Assembly: GCA_018398765.1 (NCBI GenBank)
Contig: JAHBMJ010000180.1
Span: 1 to 54,812 of the forward strand
Length of the DNA: 54,812 nucleotides
From: Chromera velia
Taxonomy: Eukaryota
Reading direction: 5' to 3'
Shown: piece by piece, positions 1-10,879 of the stretch
Layout of the letters: the number at the start of each line of letters is the position of its first letter
Numbering within the stretch: the first letter of the stretch is position 1
Made by a program: the position numbers and the translations under genes
Notes under the pieces: model-generated
The model's database searches: none
Told to the model about the DNA's origin: nothing
The model's input: only the letters and a program-made list of their open reading frames with translations

Positions 1-182
1 TCTGGGAGATTCACCTCCACCTCACTCGACACCCACCAGGGACGCCCACACGGTGCAGGGGCGAGAGACAACGCACCACCCAATTCCCACCCACCCAGCT
101 CAGGACATTCTCCCACCACCACAACGCGTTGATTCTCTCCCACCTCCGGGCAATGCGCAACAAAGACGATGGATCCTTTCAT
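1..182 (-). CDS. N-terminus of a CBM20 (starch-binding) domain protein; runs off the window start
   Basis: Not in the ORF track because it has no stop in the window. Hand translation from the ATG at 182 gives MKGSIVFVAHCPEVGENQRVVVVGECPELGGWELGGALSLAPAPCGRPWWVSSEVEVNLP. The VVVG-xx-ELGGW...L...W pattern is typical of CBM20. Confidence 0.8.
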   Translation of the reverse strand, partial: MKGSIVFVAHCPEVGENQRVVVVGECPELGGWELGGALSLAPAPCGRPWWVSSEVEVNLP

Positions 183-685
183 TGTGCCAAAGAAGGGATA
201 TATGTAGACGGATGTAGACACCTAAGTTCAACGTTTCAATCGGAAGATGTGAAGCGGAAAGGAGACAGAGCACGCTAGCTGTACTCTTCGACGCCGTCGC
301 TGGAATGTCAGCTGCACACACCCACAAATTCACAGAGATGAGAGCCGCACACTCGATGCAAGAAGGGCAAAAGCTCAGAGACCCGGCAACTTCGCACAAC
401 AATGTCAACGCTCGAAGGACGAAAAGATAAAGGAATCTTGCTGACGCACCCGCAGTTCCCCAACTCCAACGAAGGTGTCTACCCAGTCCCTGAATCTTCC
501 TCCAAGAGCGTAAGAAGACAAGAGAGGGTCGAAGTCGGAGTCAGATGACTGATTGGCAAGTTGATCGTGAAACAGTCCCAGACCACTCAAAACTCCTCAA
601 GAAAGACTCGCGCACGATTGATTGTACGGCCTTCCTATCGACAGTCGAAGTCGCACTGGAGAGTGAGTCACACAGTGGAAGGTCT

Positions 686-698
686 GAAGAAGAAGAAG

Positions 699-729
<31 letters not shown>

Positions 730-747
730 CTGAAGAAGAAGAAGAAG
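686..747. repeat. (GAA)n microsatellite
   Basis: Long GAA run interrupted once by GTCT. It explains the spurious poly-E/K/S ORFs here. Confidence 0.95.
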
Positions 748-1025
748 CGAATCGCGATCGATCGACAAGCTTCTGTTCGATTGACAAAAAAGATTCAGTC
801 TGTCAACCAACTCGATCGTCTTGCTCGGGCTGAGGGACGGTTGCAGTTCCTCTCAAACAGATTCTTGATCGACTTCGCACTTGTAGCAGCAGTATGATGT
901 CGTGGTCAAGCTGTCAGAGAGGCTCAGACTTTCAGATTCAAACTGAAAACGCAAGTTAAAGACTGGCGTCAGCTAGCACAGTTAAGTTGGAATTTGAAGA
1001 AATTAAATTGAAGAGACGGCTGTGT

Positions 1026-1110
1026 CGGCCGGGGCGCGCGCAAAGGGAATGCCACTGCAGCAATCTGCAGCACGCTGCAGCAACAATCAGCAACATGCAT
1101 GCATGCAGAG
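1026..1110. promoter_or_regulatory. Putative bidirectional promoter core (GC box plus TGCATGCA)
   Basis: GGCCGGGGCGCGCGC at ~1028 and CATGCATGCATGCA at ~1095, between two divergent CBM20 genes. The same motif pair recurs upstream of other genes in the window. Confidence 0.45.
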
Positions 1111-1825
1111 AGACGCGCGAGCTTTGACGACCTTTAAATTGGAGCTGTCAGACAGTCAGAGTCGCCTCGAGTAACATGAGTCGAGTTCAACAGATTCGTT
1201 GTCCTCTTCAAAGCTTTCACGGAGTACTTCGACCACCTTGCAGCTTGCTCTACCCTACATTTAAAGACCAGCATTGAATTTGAAGGGCTTCTTGATTGTC
1301 TCTTGCCTCTCAAGTCTCCATATCGATATACGGCCTTTGTTTGTCTCTGAAGGGACTGCTGCATCGATCAGGAGGCTTTGACTCCTTTGCGCGAGTGTGA
1401 CAGACAGAGTTCGACATAGAAGCATCCGGCAGCATCACCAAATCAAGGCGCTGATCTGTCCTTCAGATTCTCCAACAGAAGCGCACTAATCGTGCACTGT
1501 CTAGGGAAGGGAGAAAACTACGAAGCTGTTCGCAACCAAGTTGCGCAAGGAGTTTCCAACCGTCCCTACACGTGCGCTTCGACTTCATCCACATCTGTTG
1601 TGAAGGTCACCCTGACGACCCCCTCGAATATCGTCAAATATCGAATCAAGTCAGTGGGAGAGTGAACTTAAAGGCAGACTTTTGCGATCACTGTGTTGCT
1701 CGAGCTCTGCAGACGTTTCAACATTCACTCTTCGCTCTGGCAAGGTCGAAGCACACATGGCGTTTGGCTTTTGATGTGCGTGCAGAGGTCAATCGGGAGC
1801 TCATTCCCGTCAACTTGACGTATAT

Positions 1826-3871
1826 ATGAGTATCAAGATGATGGAAGCGGAGACGGGTGTTGTGCTTTTTGCCTGTTCCGGTGTGGAGCCTCGGGAGGGG
1901 CAGACGCTGGTGGTTGTCGGGAGCAGCTCTGAGCTCGGAGGGTGGGATGCGAGTCGCGGTATCACCCTCCATCGAGTGAAGAACCCTGCCTTCCCAGGCG
2001 TGTGGATGTCCTTTCCGATACGACACAGTGCTTGTTCTGAAGCCCGATTTCAGTTTGCCCTTGTCACACCAAGTGCCGTCACTGAGTCTCTTGAATCAAG
2101 GACGTTTGACGACCGAAGATTGGTGGTAGACGGTCTCAAATCCTCATCTGCAGTCATTTCAACCATCTCAACAGCAGCTCCTTCACACAGTCGAAGTCAG
2201 GACTGTTGTTGGTGCGTGTGGGGGGAGCCTTTGGGGTGTGTGCCGCGGGAGGTGGAGGTCGTCGCTGGTGGGTATGCGTTGTTTGGTGGGCGTTGGGGAG
2301 ATGGAGATACACAAGTGACTCCGTTGAGATTGGAAGACATGGTGTTAGCGCAGCAGCAACTGGAAAAGGACACGCCCCCTTCTGACTCCTCAAAGTTCGA
2401 GACTGACAAAGAGAATGAGTGGGAGGGGAAGGGTGCGGGTGGAGGCGGAAACTTCAGGGGTCTCTCTGAGGGCGACCTGATGGTCAGCGACGTCTCTGGA
2501 AAGACCGACAGTGCTCTTTCTGAGTCTTCTCCGATTTGCACTTCGCCACAAAGAGCGGGTGAGAGCGGAAAAGAGGAGGGATGTGAAAGTGCAGTTCAGG
2601 TTGACGATGAGTTTTCCGCCCGCAAAAGCCATGTGTCACAACAGACGGTTGTTGGTGTGGGAGTCGCACCTGCCTCCGAGAATGCAGATATTCTGATGGT
2701 GTGTGGTCACGGCGCTGAGTGTGACAGCGTGTGTGTGCCCGCGGGTTACAATCATCTGAAGACCGATTCTGCGATTCTGCAGCGGGGAGGGGGTGAGTTG
2801 AGGGGGGTAAGGGGGGGGGTCGGATTTCGATTTGCACCTGCAGCTCTGAATAGACGGAAAAATGAGAGGGTGAATGGGGGGCAAGGTCTGTCGGGAGGGA
2901 AGGCTGCAGAGACGGGGGGAGCGGTGAATCTTCTGGCGGGGAGAGTTGGGAAGAGTCGGTCGGTCTCCCGAGAGTCCTTGCCAGAGAGAAAGTGTCCCTC
3001 TGCCGTGTGTGATGGTCCGAAGCGCCGCCGTCTCTCTTCTCTTTCCGTTGCCGTCTCCGAATCTCAGTCTGACATGTCATTGAGAAGAGGTGAACAGACG
3101 TTGATATTTCCCTGTCCGTCTATCCCACAGCAGCACTCCCGTTTTCCGAAGACCCGTCTCTCCTTTGACACCGTCGGAATGAACCAGGCCGACGGCGCAT
3201 GTCAGCGTGAGGCTGCAGTCTGCGGATTGTCCGAAGAGGAGGAAACGCAAAAGGGATCGACAAATTGGGGGGGAAACACCACCAAGGCTGCCAAGAGACC
3301 CCTCCGCCCCCCTGACCGCTGTCACTCAGACTGCAGGGGTGCAGAGAGGAAGCACCTCGTCGCTTGCAACAGGGACGTCCAGCAGCACCCCGCGGGTAGA
3401 GACGGTAGCACTGAAAACATTGGTGTAAGAAGAAAGGGGAAAAAGAGAGAGCACACAGGAGAGGTCAAGAGAGACCGGCACGGAAACATCCTATGTCCAC
3501 ATGGACGGGTTCGCTCTACATGCAAAGAGTGCGGAGGGAAGAGCATCTGCGACCACGGTCGCGAACGCAGGAAGTGCAAGGAGTGCGGAGGGAAGAGCAT
3601 CTGCCAGCACGGCAGGGAGCGATACAGGTGCAAGGAGTGTGGAGGAAAGGGCATCTGTGAGCATGGTCGCAGGCGAACCGAGTGCAAGGACTGCGGAGGG
3701 AAGGATATTTGTGAGCACGGCCGGCGCCGACACAGTTGCAAGGAGTGCGGAGGGAAGGGTATTTGTGAGCACGGCCGGCAGCGCTACGTTTGCAAAGATT
3801 GTGGAGCGAAGGATGAGGGTCTAAGGATCGGTCTTATGATTGGTTGCGGCTCTAAACCTGTAGAATTGTAA
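1826..3871 (+). CDS. Intronless protein: N-terminal CBM20, low-complexity linker, six C-terminal Cys/His zinc-finger repeats
   Basis: 681-aa ORF. LVVVGSSSELGGWD...L...FPGVW matches CBM20; the C-terminus has 18-aa CxHGRxxxxCKxCGGKxI repeats. The true start could be the ATG at 1826 or 1838. Confidence 0.85.
   Translation: MSIKMMEAETGVVLFACSGVEPREGQTLVVVGSSSELGGWDASRGITLHRVKNPAFPGVWMSFPIRHSACSEARFQFALVTPSAVTESLESRTFDDRRLVVDGLKSSSAVISTISTAAPSHSRSQDCCWCVWGEPLGCVPREVEVVAGGYALFGGRWGDGDTQVTPLRLEDMVLAQQQLEKDTPPSDSSKFETDKENEWEGKGAGGGGNFRGLSEGDLMVSDVSGKTDSALSESSPICTSPQRAGESGKEEGCESAVQVDDEFSARKSHVSQQTVVGVGVAPASENADILMVCGHGAECDSVCVPAGYNHLKTDSAILQRGGGELRGVRGGVGFRFAPAALNRRKNERVNGGQGLSGGKAAETGGAVNLLAGRVGKSRSVSRESLPERKCPSAVCDGPKRRRLSSLSVAVSESQSDMSLRRGEQTLIFPCPSIPQQHSRFPKTRLSFDTVGMNQADGACQREAAVCGLSEEEETQKGSTNWGGNTTKAAKRPLRPPDRCHSDCRGAERKHLVACNRDVQQHPAGRDGSTENIGVRRKGKKREHTGEVKRDRHGNILCPHGRVRSTCKECGGKSICDHGRERRKCKECGGKSICQHGRERYRCKECGGKGICEHGRRRTECKDCGGKDICEHGRRRHSCKECGGKGICEHGRQRYVCKDCGAKDEGLRIGLMIGCGSKPVEL
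3494..3806 (+). repeat. Six 54-bp coding repeats (CxHGRxxxxCKxCGG zinc-finger units)
   Basis: Units start CPHGR, CDHGR, CQHGR, CEHGR, CEHGR, CEHGR; each is followed by CKECGG or CKDCG. Confidence 0.9.
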
Positions 3872-4883
3872 ATAAAAGTAGTATCAATGGAAACCTTAAA
3901 ATATATCTAGAAATATATACATATAGTAGTGACTAGAGTAATAATATGTTAATACTACTACTATATAGTACCATATTATTATTCCACAGAATTTGTGACA
4001 GAAATTTATGTCAGAAAATCGTATAGATACCAGCTGCAGTTTACAACTTAAATCACGTTTATAAAACTTAATTGAACTTAATCAATCAATAATACGATTC
4101 AATATTTTAGTCTCAACACATTAATTTATTAGGTTTGTATACTTATAAATTTAGGCTTTATAATGAACTTCATGTAGATAATATTGTATTAAATATGAGT
4201 CACTGTGACTGAATTTTTTATGAAAACTCTGTTGCGATGGTTAAAGTATAATTAAATCTAGAATTACATAGTATGACTAGCTGGGCAATAGCCATATAGT
4301 ACCATATAGTAGCCAAGCGCCAAGTTTGCCCGAGACTAGGTGCATTGAATGAAGACTAGCTACTAGACCAGCTACCGAGCCACTAGCCTAGCCAGCCACA
4401 GAAGCCAGAAAATGTAGAAAGAGCGCTTGGAGATGTCAATCAAGTTGCTTCACTAATTTGAGCACAGAGGATTCAATCACTTCACATGCCTACGCGGACC
4501 TCGGGCGGAAGAAGCCAGAGGAAGAATGGATTGGATTGGAGTGGAAAGGCATCCTTGTTACAAACCTAGCTGCAAGCTCAACCCTAGGGTCAATCCCCAC
4601 AGAGCTTGTGCCGTCCCTCATGTGTACACAGCAACTCAGTGCAGCAATCCCGTCCGCTTCATTGTGAGCCGAGCTTCATCATAAATAGATGTTCCTGCAC
4701 GTCGCCCTGACGGTCTCCAGCTCCCAACCGCTTCTCCCAATCCCCTCTCATTGCTCTACAATCCTTTCCTCCACTCCTGCCTCCACGTTCTTCTTTCAGC
4801 CCTCCCATACCCCCACTGATTCCTGTGATATGAACGAAGGAGAAGCACCAAAAGCCCGGACGCCTCCTTCATTCTTTCTCTTT

Positions 4884-5843
4884 CTACGAGGACTGAGAGT
4901 CGCCCTCCTTCTCAGACCTCCCTGCTCGGTGACGAAACCAGTTGGCAGACCACTCGTAGATCTTCAGCTTGGCTGCGTCCAGATCTGCAACACAGCAAAC
5001 AGTCACACAGAATGTATGTGTACCCCTGTTGCTCTATCCGTGTGTCTAGGCCTGCACAGTATCGACCCAAGACTACATGACGCTTGTTATTGGTCCATAA
5101 GGATGTTCTGTCTGTCCGGCCGTCTGTCTGTCGATGCATCCACCCATCCATTCATCCATGTATCCGCCTATCAGTCTATCTTTCTGCCTATCTTTCTACC
5201 TAACTACCTTTCTTTCTGTTTGCCCACCAGTTGCCTTCCTTTTAGAGCTAATCGGCATTTCTACCCACTCATCGACACGGACATTGGAATCGAGTTGCCC
5301 TGTGATCCATCCACTCAGTTGTCAATCATGTTTCCGTCCTTCCTTCCTTCCTTCCTTCCTTCCTTCCCTTCTTTCTTTCTTTCTTTCTTTCTTTCTTTTT
5401 TTCGTTCTTTCTTTCTTTCTTTCTTTCTTTCCTACTTTCTTTCAGCTGGCTATCTATCTTCTGATTCCTGCCTGGCGGAGTGGCTGTCTGTATGGAATTA
5501 GGAAAGACCGTCTACAGATTTGTAAAAGCCTTGCTACCGGCAAACATGTGGGCAAAACAACGGGGTAAAAGTTCGAGGGCTGCCGCCAGATGCCAGAATT
5601 CCACGTCTTTGACTCACTTGTTTCTCCTTCCGTTGGGTCCCTTCGAATCACCTGCAAGCGAACAGATCGGAAGTGAAAGGTATACAGGAAGAACAACCTC
5701 AAACAACACCTTCTTGCAGCGTAAAATCGCCCCACAGACTTGAGACCGACCTCTTTTGTGTACTCTTTCAAAATGACAGGCAAGGTTGGGGGGACGTTGA
5801 TCTGCTCCGCGCAGAAAATTCGCTCCATGGTGATGTCAGTCAT
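4884..5843 (-). CDS. RIIa-domain protein (ropporin-like / radial-spoke RSP11-like), 75 aa
   Basis: Exons 5843-5751, 5651-5618 and 4984-4884 with GT-AG introns splice in frame to MTDITMERIFCAEQINVPPTLPVILKEYTKEVIRRDPTEGETNLDAAKLKIYEWSANWFRHRAGRSEKEGDSQSS*. The I-x-VP-x-LP-x-ILK-x-YTK-x-VIR...W-xx-(Y/W)F pattern is the RIIa dimerisation/docking motif. Confidence 0.8.
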
Positions 5844-6299
5844 CTTGCTTTACTCTCTCTTGAGGCTCGATCGATGAGTGAGAAGCTTGGGTGAATGAAC
5901 GATCAACTTTGCTTGTCTGCAACAGGTGTAGTAGTCAGACTTCTCTTTTCGCGGCTCAGTGCAGCGCTGTTCGCGGAAGACAAAACCGACTGACTGGAGG
6001 TTCCACTTCTTCCAGATGATGAAAAGTCTAAGACGGAAACCTCGTGACGCAGCGAAGCCTTCTGTCTGCAGTGTGGATCCAATATGGTCTTCTGTATGTC
6101 CAAATTATGCAATTTCATGCATGCATGCATGCGTTCAATTGCGTTCACGCGTTAATTTGCGTACATTTTGACGTACGAGCTAGCACACACCAGTTTCTTG
6201 CGAGGGGCTGCATGGGGCCCCGCGCCCTTTAATTCCGAGAATTTCCGACCGGCGCCAACATGCGCCAACCGAATACAACCGTCGGAATTAACTTTGAGG

Positions 6300-6860
6300 T
6301 ACAGAAGAGGCAGGGTTTTGGGTCACTCTCGATGCAGTGATCCGAAGGAGAGGGGAGGGGAGGAGAGGGTTGCCAGGGTTAGAAGGGGATCTGAGGATTC
6401 GTTCACTGTTCAACTCTCAGCGCAACGCAGTCCTTGATATTCCTTGATGTTCGGCTGGCTGACTATGATCAGCAGAGCTATCTCCGGCTGAGCGTTGCAA
6501 AGATTCTTCAATATAATGCTGTACACGAAAGGCAGAAGAATACATTATACTGGGAAGTGTGCGTAGAGGCTCGCACGGATTTTGCACTGTTTGTGGCCTC
6601 CACCGATGGGTCACTTACTCCAGTGGCAATGGCTGTCTTGAGAGTGGTAGTCCACGAAATTTGCTAGAGAACAGGGATGTCAGCAATAAGATACAACAAG
6701 AGTGGGGGATGCAGTCAAAGCTCACATGCAAAGAGCAATTCTGCAAGCATCCGTCTATTGCATGCGGGGGGATCGCGTCTCGAGCGGCGACCTCGCAGAC
6801 AGGCAGTGGAGGAATGTTTTAGTTCAGTATGATCGATTGCAGCAATACAGGCCCCTAGAG
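6300..6860 (+). mobile_element. Degenerate 3' fragment of an RLE-type (CRE-like) non-LTR retrotransposon
   Basis: Joined frames read AGFWVTLDAVIRRRGEG..GLEGDLRIRSLFNSQRNAVLD/VRLADYDQQSY..ERQKNTLY..FALFVASTDGSL../VKAHMQRAILQASVYCMRGDR, collinear with the RLE fragment at 27.5-28.1 kb. It is broken by a 10-bp duplication (CCTTGATATT/CCTTGATGTT), a stop and a frameshift. Confidence 0.7.
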
Positions 6861-7180
6861 ACGATGGTGACTGGGCTTAGGCCCCTAGGCAGACCTAGCA
6901 TTTGCATCTAATAAAAATGACTATAAAATATAGTGTCAAAAAAAAACTAACTTTGAAGGTAGTATTTAAGGTACACCAAACTACCCAAACTTCTGACACA
7001 AGCGACCTATCATGTCATCTAATGTCATCCATAAGCTACAATAAGCTTAAATGAGCCTCTTCAAAAAAGTGTTCACTAATAAAAATAAATAAAAAACTTC
7101 CGACGTTAAAATTTATTCCTGCCCCCTCCCCAAAAAAACTTCCAAAGAAAGGTTTTTATGATCGAGATCTATGGTATTTT

Positions 7181-7544
7181 AGTTGAAGTACAGGGTATCT
7201 GACACTATCTGCAGTTGAAGTACAGGGTATCTGGCACTATCTCCCGGGGTACCGTGCCACGCATTGGGCCAGGCTTGGCCAGGCTTGTGTTATGTACGCA
7301 TGTTGCATGCAGCAAATAATCACTGCGCCGAGCGATTATCGCACGGACGTATTGTTTTGTCATTTCTGTACGTATCGTGCTTTGAATGACATGCGAGATT
7401 GGATTCATTATTTTGGTTTCGGATTAAGATTATTACTATTACTTTTACAGACTTCTCCAGGAGCTGTACAGACTTAAGCACAGACCACAGAGACTTACCT
7501 GTCATAAGATCTTGACACACACCTCCACTTTACCTTAGTTCTGT
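7181..7544 (+). repeat. Copy A of a dispersed repeat (block X with a 32-bp tandem unit, plus block Y)
   Basis: X (7181-7295, AGTTGAAGTACAGGGTATCTG.. x2) recurs at 10880-10995. Y (7361-7544) recurs at 11430-11607 plus 12479-12486. Confidence 0.9.
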
Positions 7545-7584
7545 AGTTAACAGCCTACAGTGTTTACTGTTGTTGTGTTACAGT

Positions 7585-8800
7585 TTAATATGTTTCTTCA
7601 CCTTCTCTCTCTGTGACTGAGGACCGCTCCTTTTCTCTTAAAGCAGCCTCGGGGCATTCCCCTGTTCTTCGCAATGCATCTGTTTATGCAGCTTGGTCGT
7701 TTCAATCATGTCTTCGCTTTCATGATAGAAACCCTCTTAGCAGTTGGGTACTCAGCTGCTAGATGAATCTTAATGAGTTTGCTTCTATGAATAAGGTGAA
7801 TGATCTACTATTTGTGCACATTAGATGCAAGCAGGAGTAGAGAACTGGTTCTAAAGGGGGTCTTCCCTTAATTTGTAGAAGGAAAAGAAGTCGGGTAGAC
7901 TACAGTTCATGAAGCATTACGGCTTCTGCTAGGGCTTCTAGTTGTGAAGGAAAGGAGACGGCTTGGACGACCTTCTACAACAGCGCCTCTGAGCAGTCAA
8001 GGATGACTGACAGAGGTATCTCTGTGGATCTCTCAAGTGCAGCTTCCTTGTTAGGATTGGAATCTGTTTTGTAAGTGAAAGAAAACGGTTACCTTATAAA
8101 TGACCTCCTGTAGTGTGTTGATCTGTCTTTTCTCTCTCCTTCATGGTTCTTTGTGTGCCTTAGTTAACACTGTGAGCAGCCTGTGCTGTCTCTTCCTAGT
8201 TTTCAACGTTCCACTCTACTTATTTGTGGTGACTGAACAAAGCAGGAGACAGGTTTGCACTGTTTTATTTACTTGTCATCTCACCCTGCATAAAGTCTTC
8301 CAGAGGGAGAAGAAAAGAGTTCTGATCATCGTGGACCTTTGTTCTGTGTGCTGTGTAGAGTTTGCCGTTTTGCCTGTGCTGGCCTCTCACCTGTGCCAGA
8401 TGGACGTCCTGAGTAAGAATGGGACGGTTCTTGATTTATGAGTGCCTGGACATACTCTGATATATAAATAGGTCATGTCTGGATTGAGATGTGCACTGTG
8501 TTAAGGGCTGCCCACCCACGTTTATGAGTTTGTCGCCGGGCCACATTCCATTGAATGAAGACGATTCGTAAGGAAGTAGCCATACCTTTCAGAGTGGTAT
8601 GCTTACTCTGCATCCTGTATCTGGTTGTATTGATTTCGTCTGGCTATGTTTTCTGGGTTTTATGAATGGATGGACTCTATGACTTCTATATAGACTTTGT
8701 GGGGACTTCGAGTGCCTTAAGCTTCTGCACCCATCCTTAGATCCAAATCAGTCGATTTATGAATATCCCTTTTCCACCTTATAAGCAACGGATAGCTGGG
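7585..8800 (-). pseudogene. Decayed, probably intron-containing ORF of unknown function inside the repeat island
   Basis: Two protein-like reading frames (~8800-8390 and ~8065-7585) are each interrupted by several in-frame stops but show no obvious frameshift. Splice-like sites are present (CAG|GTGAG near 8390). Confidence 0.4.
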
Positions 8801-9303
8801 GGGGGGATGAATACATATAAGGACTGGGATGATGGAGTAGCAGATCCCTGCCTAAAAAATCTTAAAAAGAAGGAAGGAAAAGAATTCCACTTGAATCCGC
8901 TTTCCTAATACAGGAGAACAAGAAGACAAACATGGATGTATATAAATGTCCAATCATTTCTTTTCATTTATTTTTTATACCTCTCTTCTCAAACTGTTTT
9001 TCTTTTTGTAATGTGTGAGTCTAAGCATCTAGTCTTTGTGTAACTTGTTGCGGCGGTAGCGGAAGATGACTGTGTTTTTGAGTAGCCGATGTTTCGTTCT
9101 CTCATCACTTTTCATTCAGAGTCTTACTCTTCTTTTTGTTTGATTTCTTTTCTCTTTTTTTTTTCTTTCTGGCATCTCTCGCTCTTTCTTTCTTTACTCT
9201 CTCATGCTCTTCTTCTTGTCTTTTCTCTTTTTTAATCATTGTTTGACTAATGAAATGAGAAAAGAATAGGGGGGGAAGCGGGGGTGCTGAAGAAAGAGGG
9301 CTA

Positions 9304-10493
9304 CATAGTTGCACAAGTACACTGTACTATACTGTACTATACTGTACTGTACTACTGTACTATAACATCTACACTGTACTGTACTACTGTACTAGACCTT
9401 AAAAAAAATTTCTTCTATTTCTAGCGTCCTAGGGGGTCTCTTAACCTACGTTAATGCTCTATGAACGTGTACTAAGTTATGATATGGTGATGATGAATTA
9501 CAGTGACTTAGAAAAGAGCCTTTCTGAACTCCAGTCCGATGCTCTTCAGGTATTCAATCGCCATCTGTCCATCTAGCTCGTCATCAAATGCCTCGGCAGA
9601 CTCATCCGATGCAAGGTCGAGTCTTTAGAGTCCCAAAATCTAGGTCTCTCTCTTGTGGTGCCCGGCGTTCCTCTGATGAACCCTCTGGAGGTGGAGGTTG
9701 GTATGTGTGGTGACCAGCAAGTCCTGGTGTAGCTAGGTGAGACGGTTTCTCTTCTCAGAGTAAACCTGGTCGTAGAGAAAGAACCTCCGCTCACAGAGTC
9801 CCACCGTGTTAGTGGTTTGAAAGACCTCCGTGGTGAGGGAGGCGTTCTTAGGGGCTTGAGCAGCTCTCATATGTAGCTCGCAGAGAATACTAGTCAAAGA
9901 GATAGGAGTTTCAAGATTTTCTTGAAAGTAAGGGGTACTTTCAAGTTGCTGTGAAGAGTATTGCTCTTTGGTATAAGTGAATCATCATTGAACCTGTATT
10001 GTAAGCAGGTGTGATGCTGTCATCCCCGACAATATACAGTTAAGCTGAAGAGGGGGCGTCACAGCCTGTACTACCTTGTGCTACTCCAACGTCATCTACA
10101 AAGACATCGTTGCCCTAGATTTCCTCCGCCCCTCGATTTTAACATGCAAAACCTCGTCTAAGTACCCAAGGGATGGAACAGAAACCTTGTATTCTCGTGG
10201 TTGAGAGGCTTCACTTAAAGCCATCTTTTTCTCTAATTTATCTTTACTATAAAAACATAATGAAAACTCACTAAAACATTAGTAAAAAGTTACTAAAAAC
10301 ATAAGGAAAAATATGCTAAAAGTAGGCTTTAAGTAGCCTAAAACTTAGCTTAAAGGCTTATAAAAAGGTAGTGGGACGAGCGGCGGGCGGCTCGCCCAAC
10401 TTAGTGAAGCAGGGCGGGGCGGGCCGCTCGAACTGTACTGTATTGTACTGTACTAGTTTTGCTTCTACAGTGTACTGTACTAGTGCAACTATG
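9304..10493 (-). mobile_element. Internally deleted hAT DNA transposon (1190 bp)
   Basis: TIRs CATAGTTGCAC(A/T)AGTACA; perfect 8-bp TSD GAGGGCTA at 9296-9303 and 10494-10501; subterminal ACTGT/TACTG repeats; transposase remnant inside. Confidence 0.92.
9508..10224 (-). pseudogene. hAT transposase remnant including the C-terminal dimerisation motif
   Basis: One frame from ATG 10224 to TAA 9508 with 7 internal stops. It contains TNTVGLCERRFFLYDQVYSEKRNRLT*LHQDLLVTTHTNL, matching the hAT CERxFS....KRNRL...LV..H.NL motif. Confidence 0.85.
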
Positions 10494-10879
10494 GAGGGCT
10501 ACGAGGAAAGAAAAGAACGAAATGATTTAACAATTGAAAAGGTTTTCTTTTCTCTTCTTTATTCTTTTTGCATTATCTGAAATTTCAATGTGCTTGGTGA
10601 AAGTTTCTTTTTTAGATACAGCAAAATTGCTTTCTTTTGCGTTTTCTCTTTGTTCCACCGTTTATCGCTCTCTCTTTCTCTCTCTCTCTCCTCTTTCTCT
10701 TTACAGTTGTTACTTTTCTCTTCTCTTTTCCTAGCTCAGAGTCTTTTCAAACAAGTCTGTTTCTTTTCCGGACTGAATTGATTTGTAGTACAAACTTCTG
10801 GTTTTCTTTTCTAAAAGAAGACAGGGCAGAGGGGAGATCAAAACAGATTGGTTTAAAACCGATGACATCACAGAAAAGG

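Noticed and set aside
541..833. Poly-S, poly-E and poly-K ORFs
   Set aside because: They are translations of the (GAA)n microsatellite upstream of the left CBM20 gene.
4689..5568. 270-aa and 144-aa + strand ORFs
   Set aside because: They are antisense to the RIIa gene's intron and 3' end and are driven by (TTTC)n/(TCCT)n repeats.
7181..7245. 32-bp tandem unit, also at 10880, as a possible CRISPR repeat
   Set aside because: Only two adjacent units, no unique spacers, no cas genes, and a eukaryotic context.
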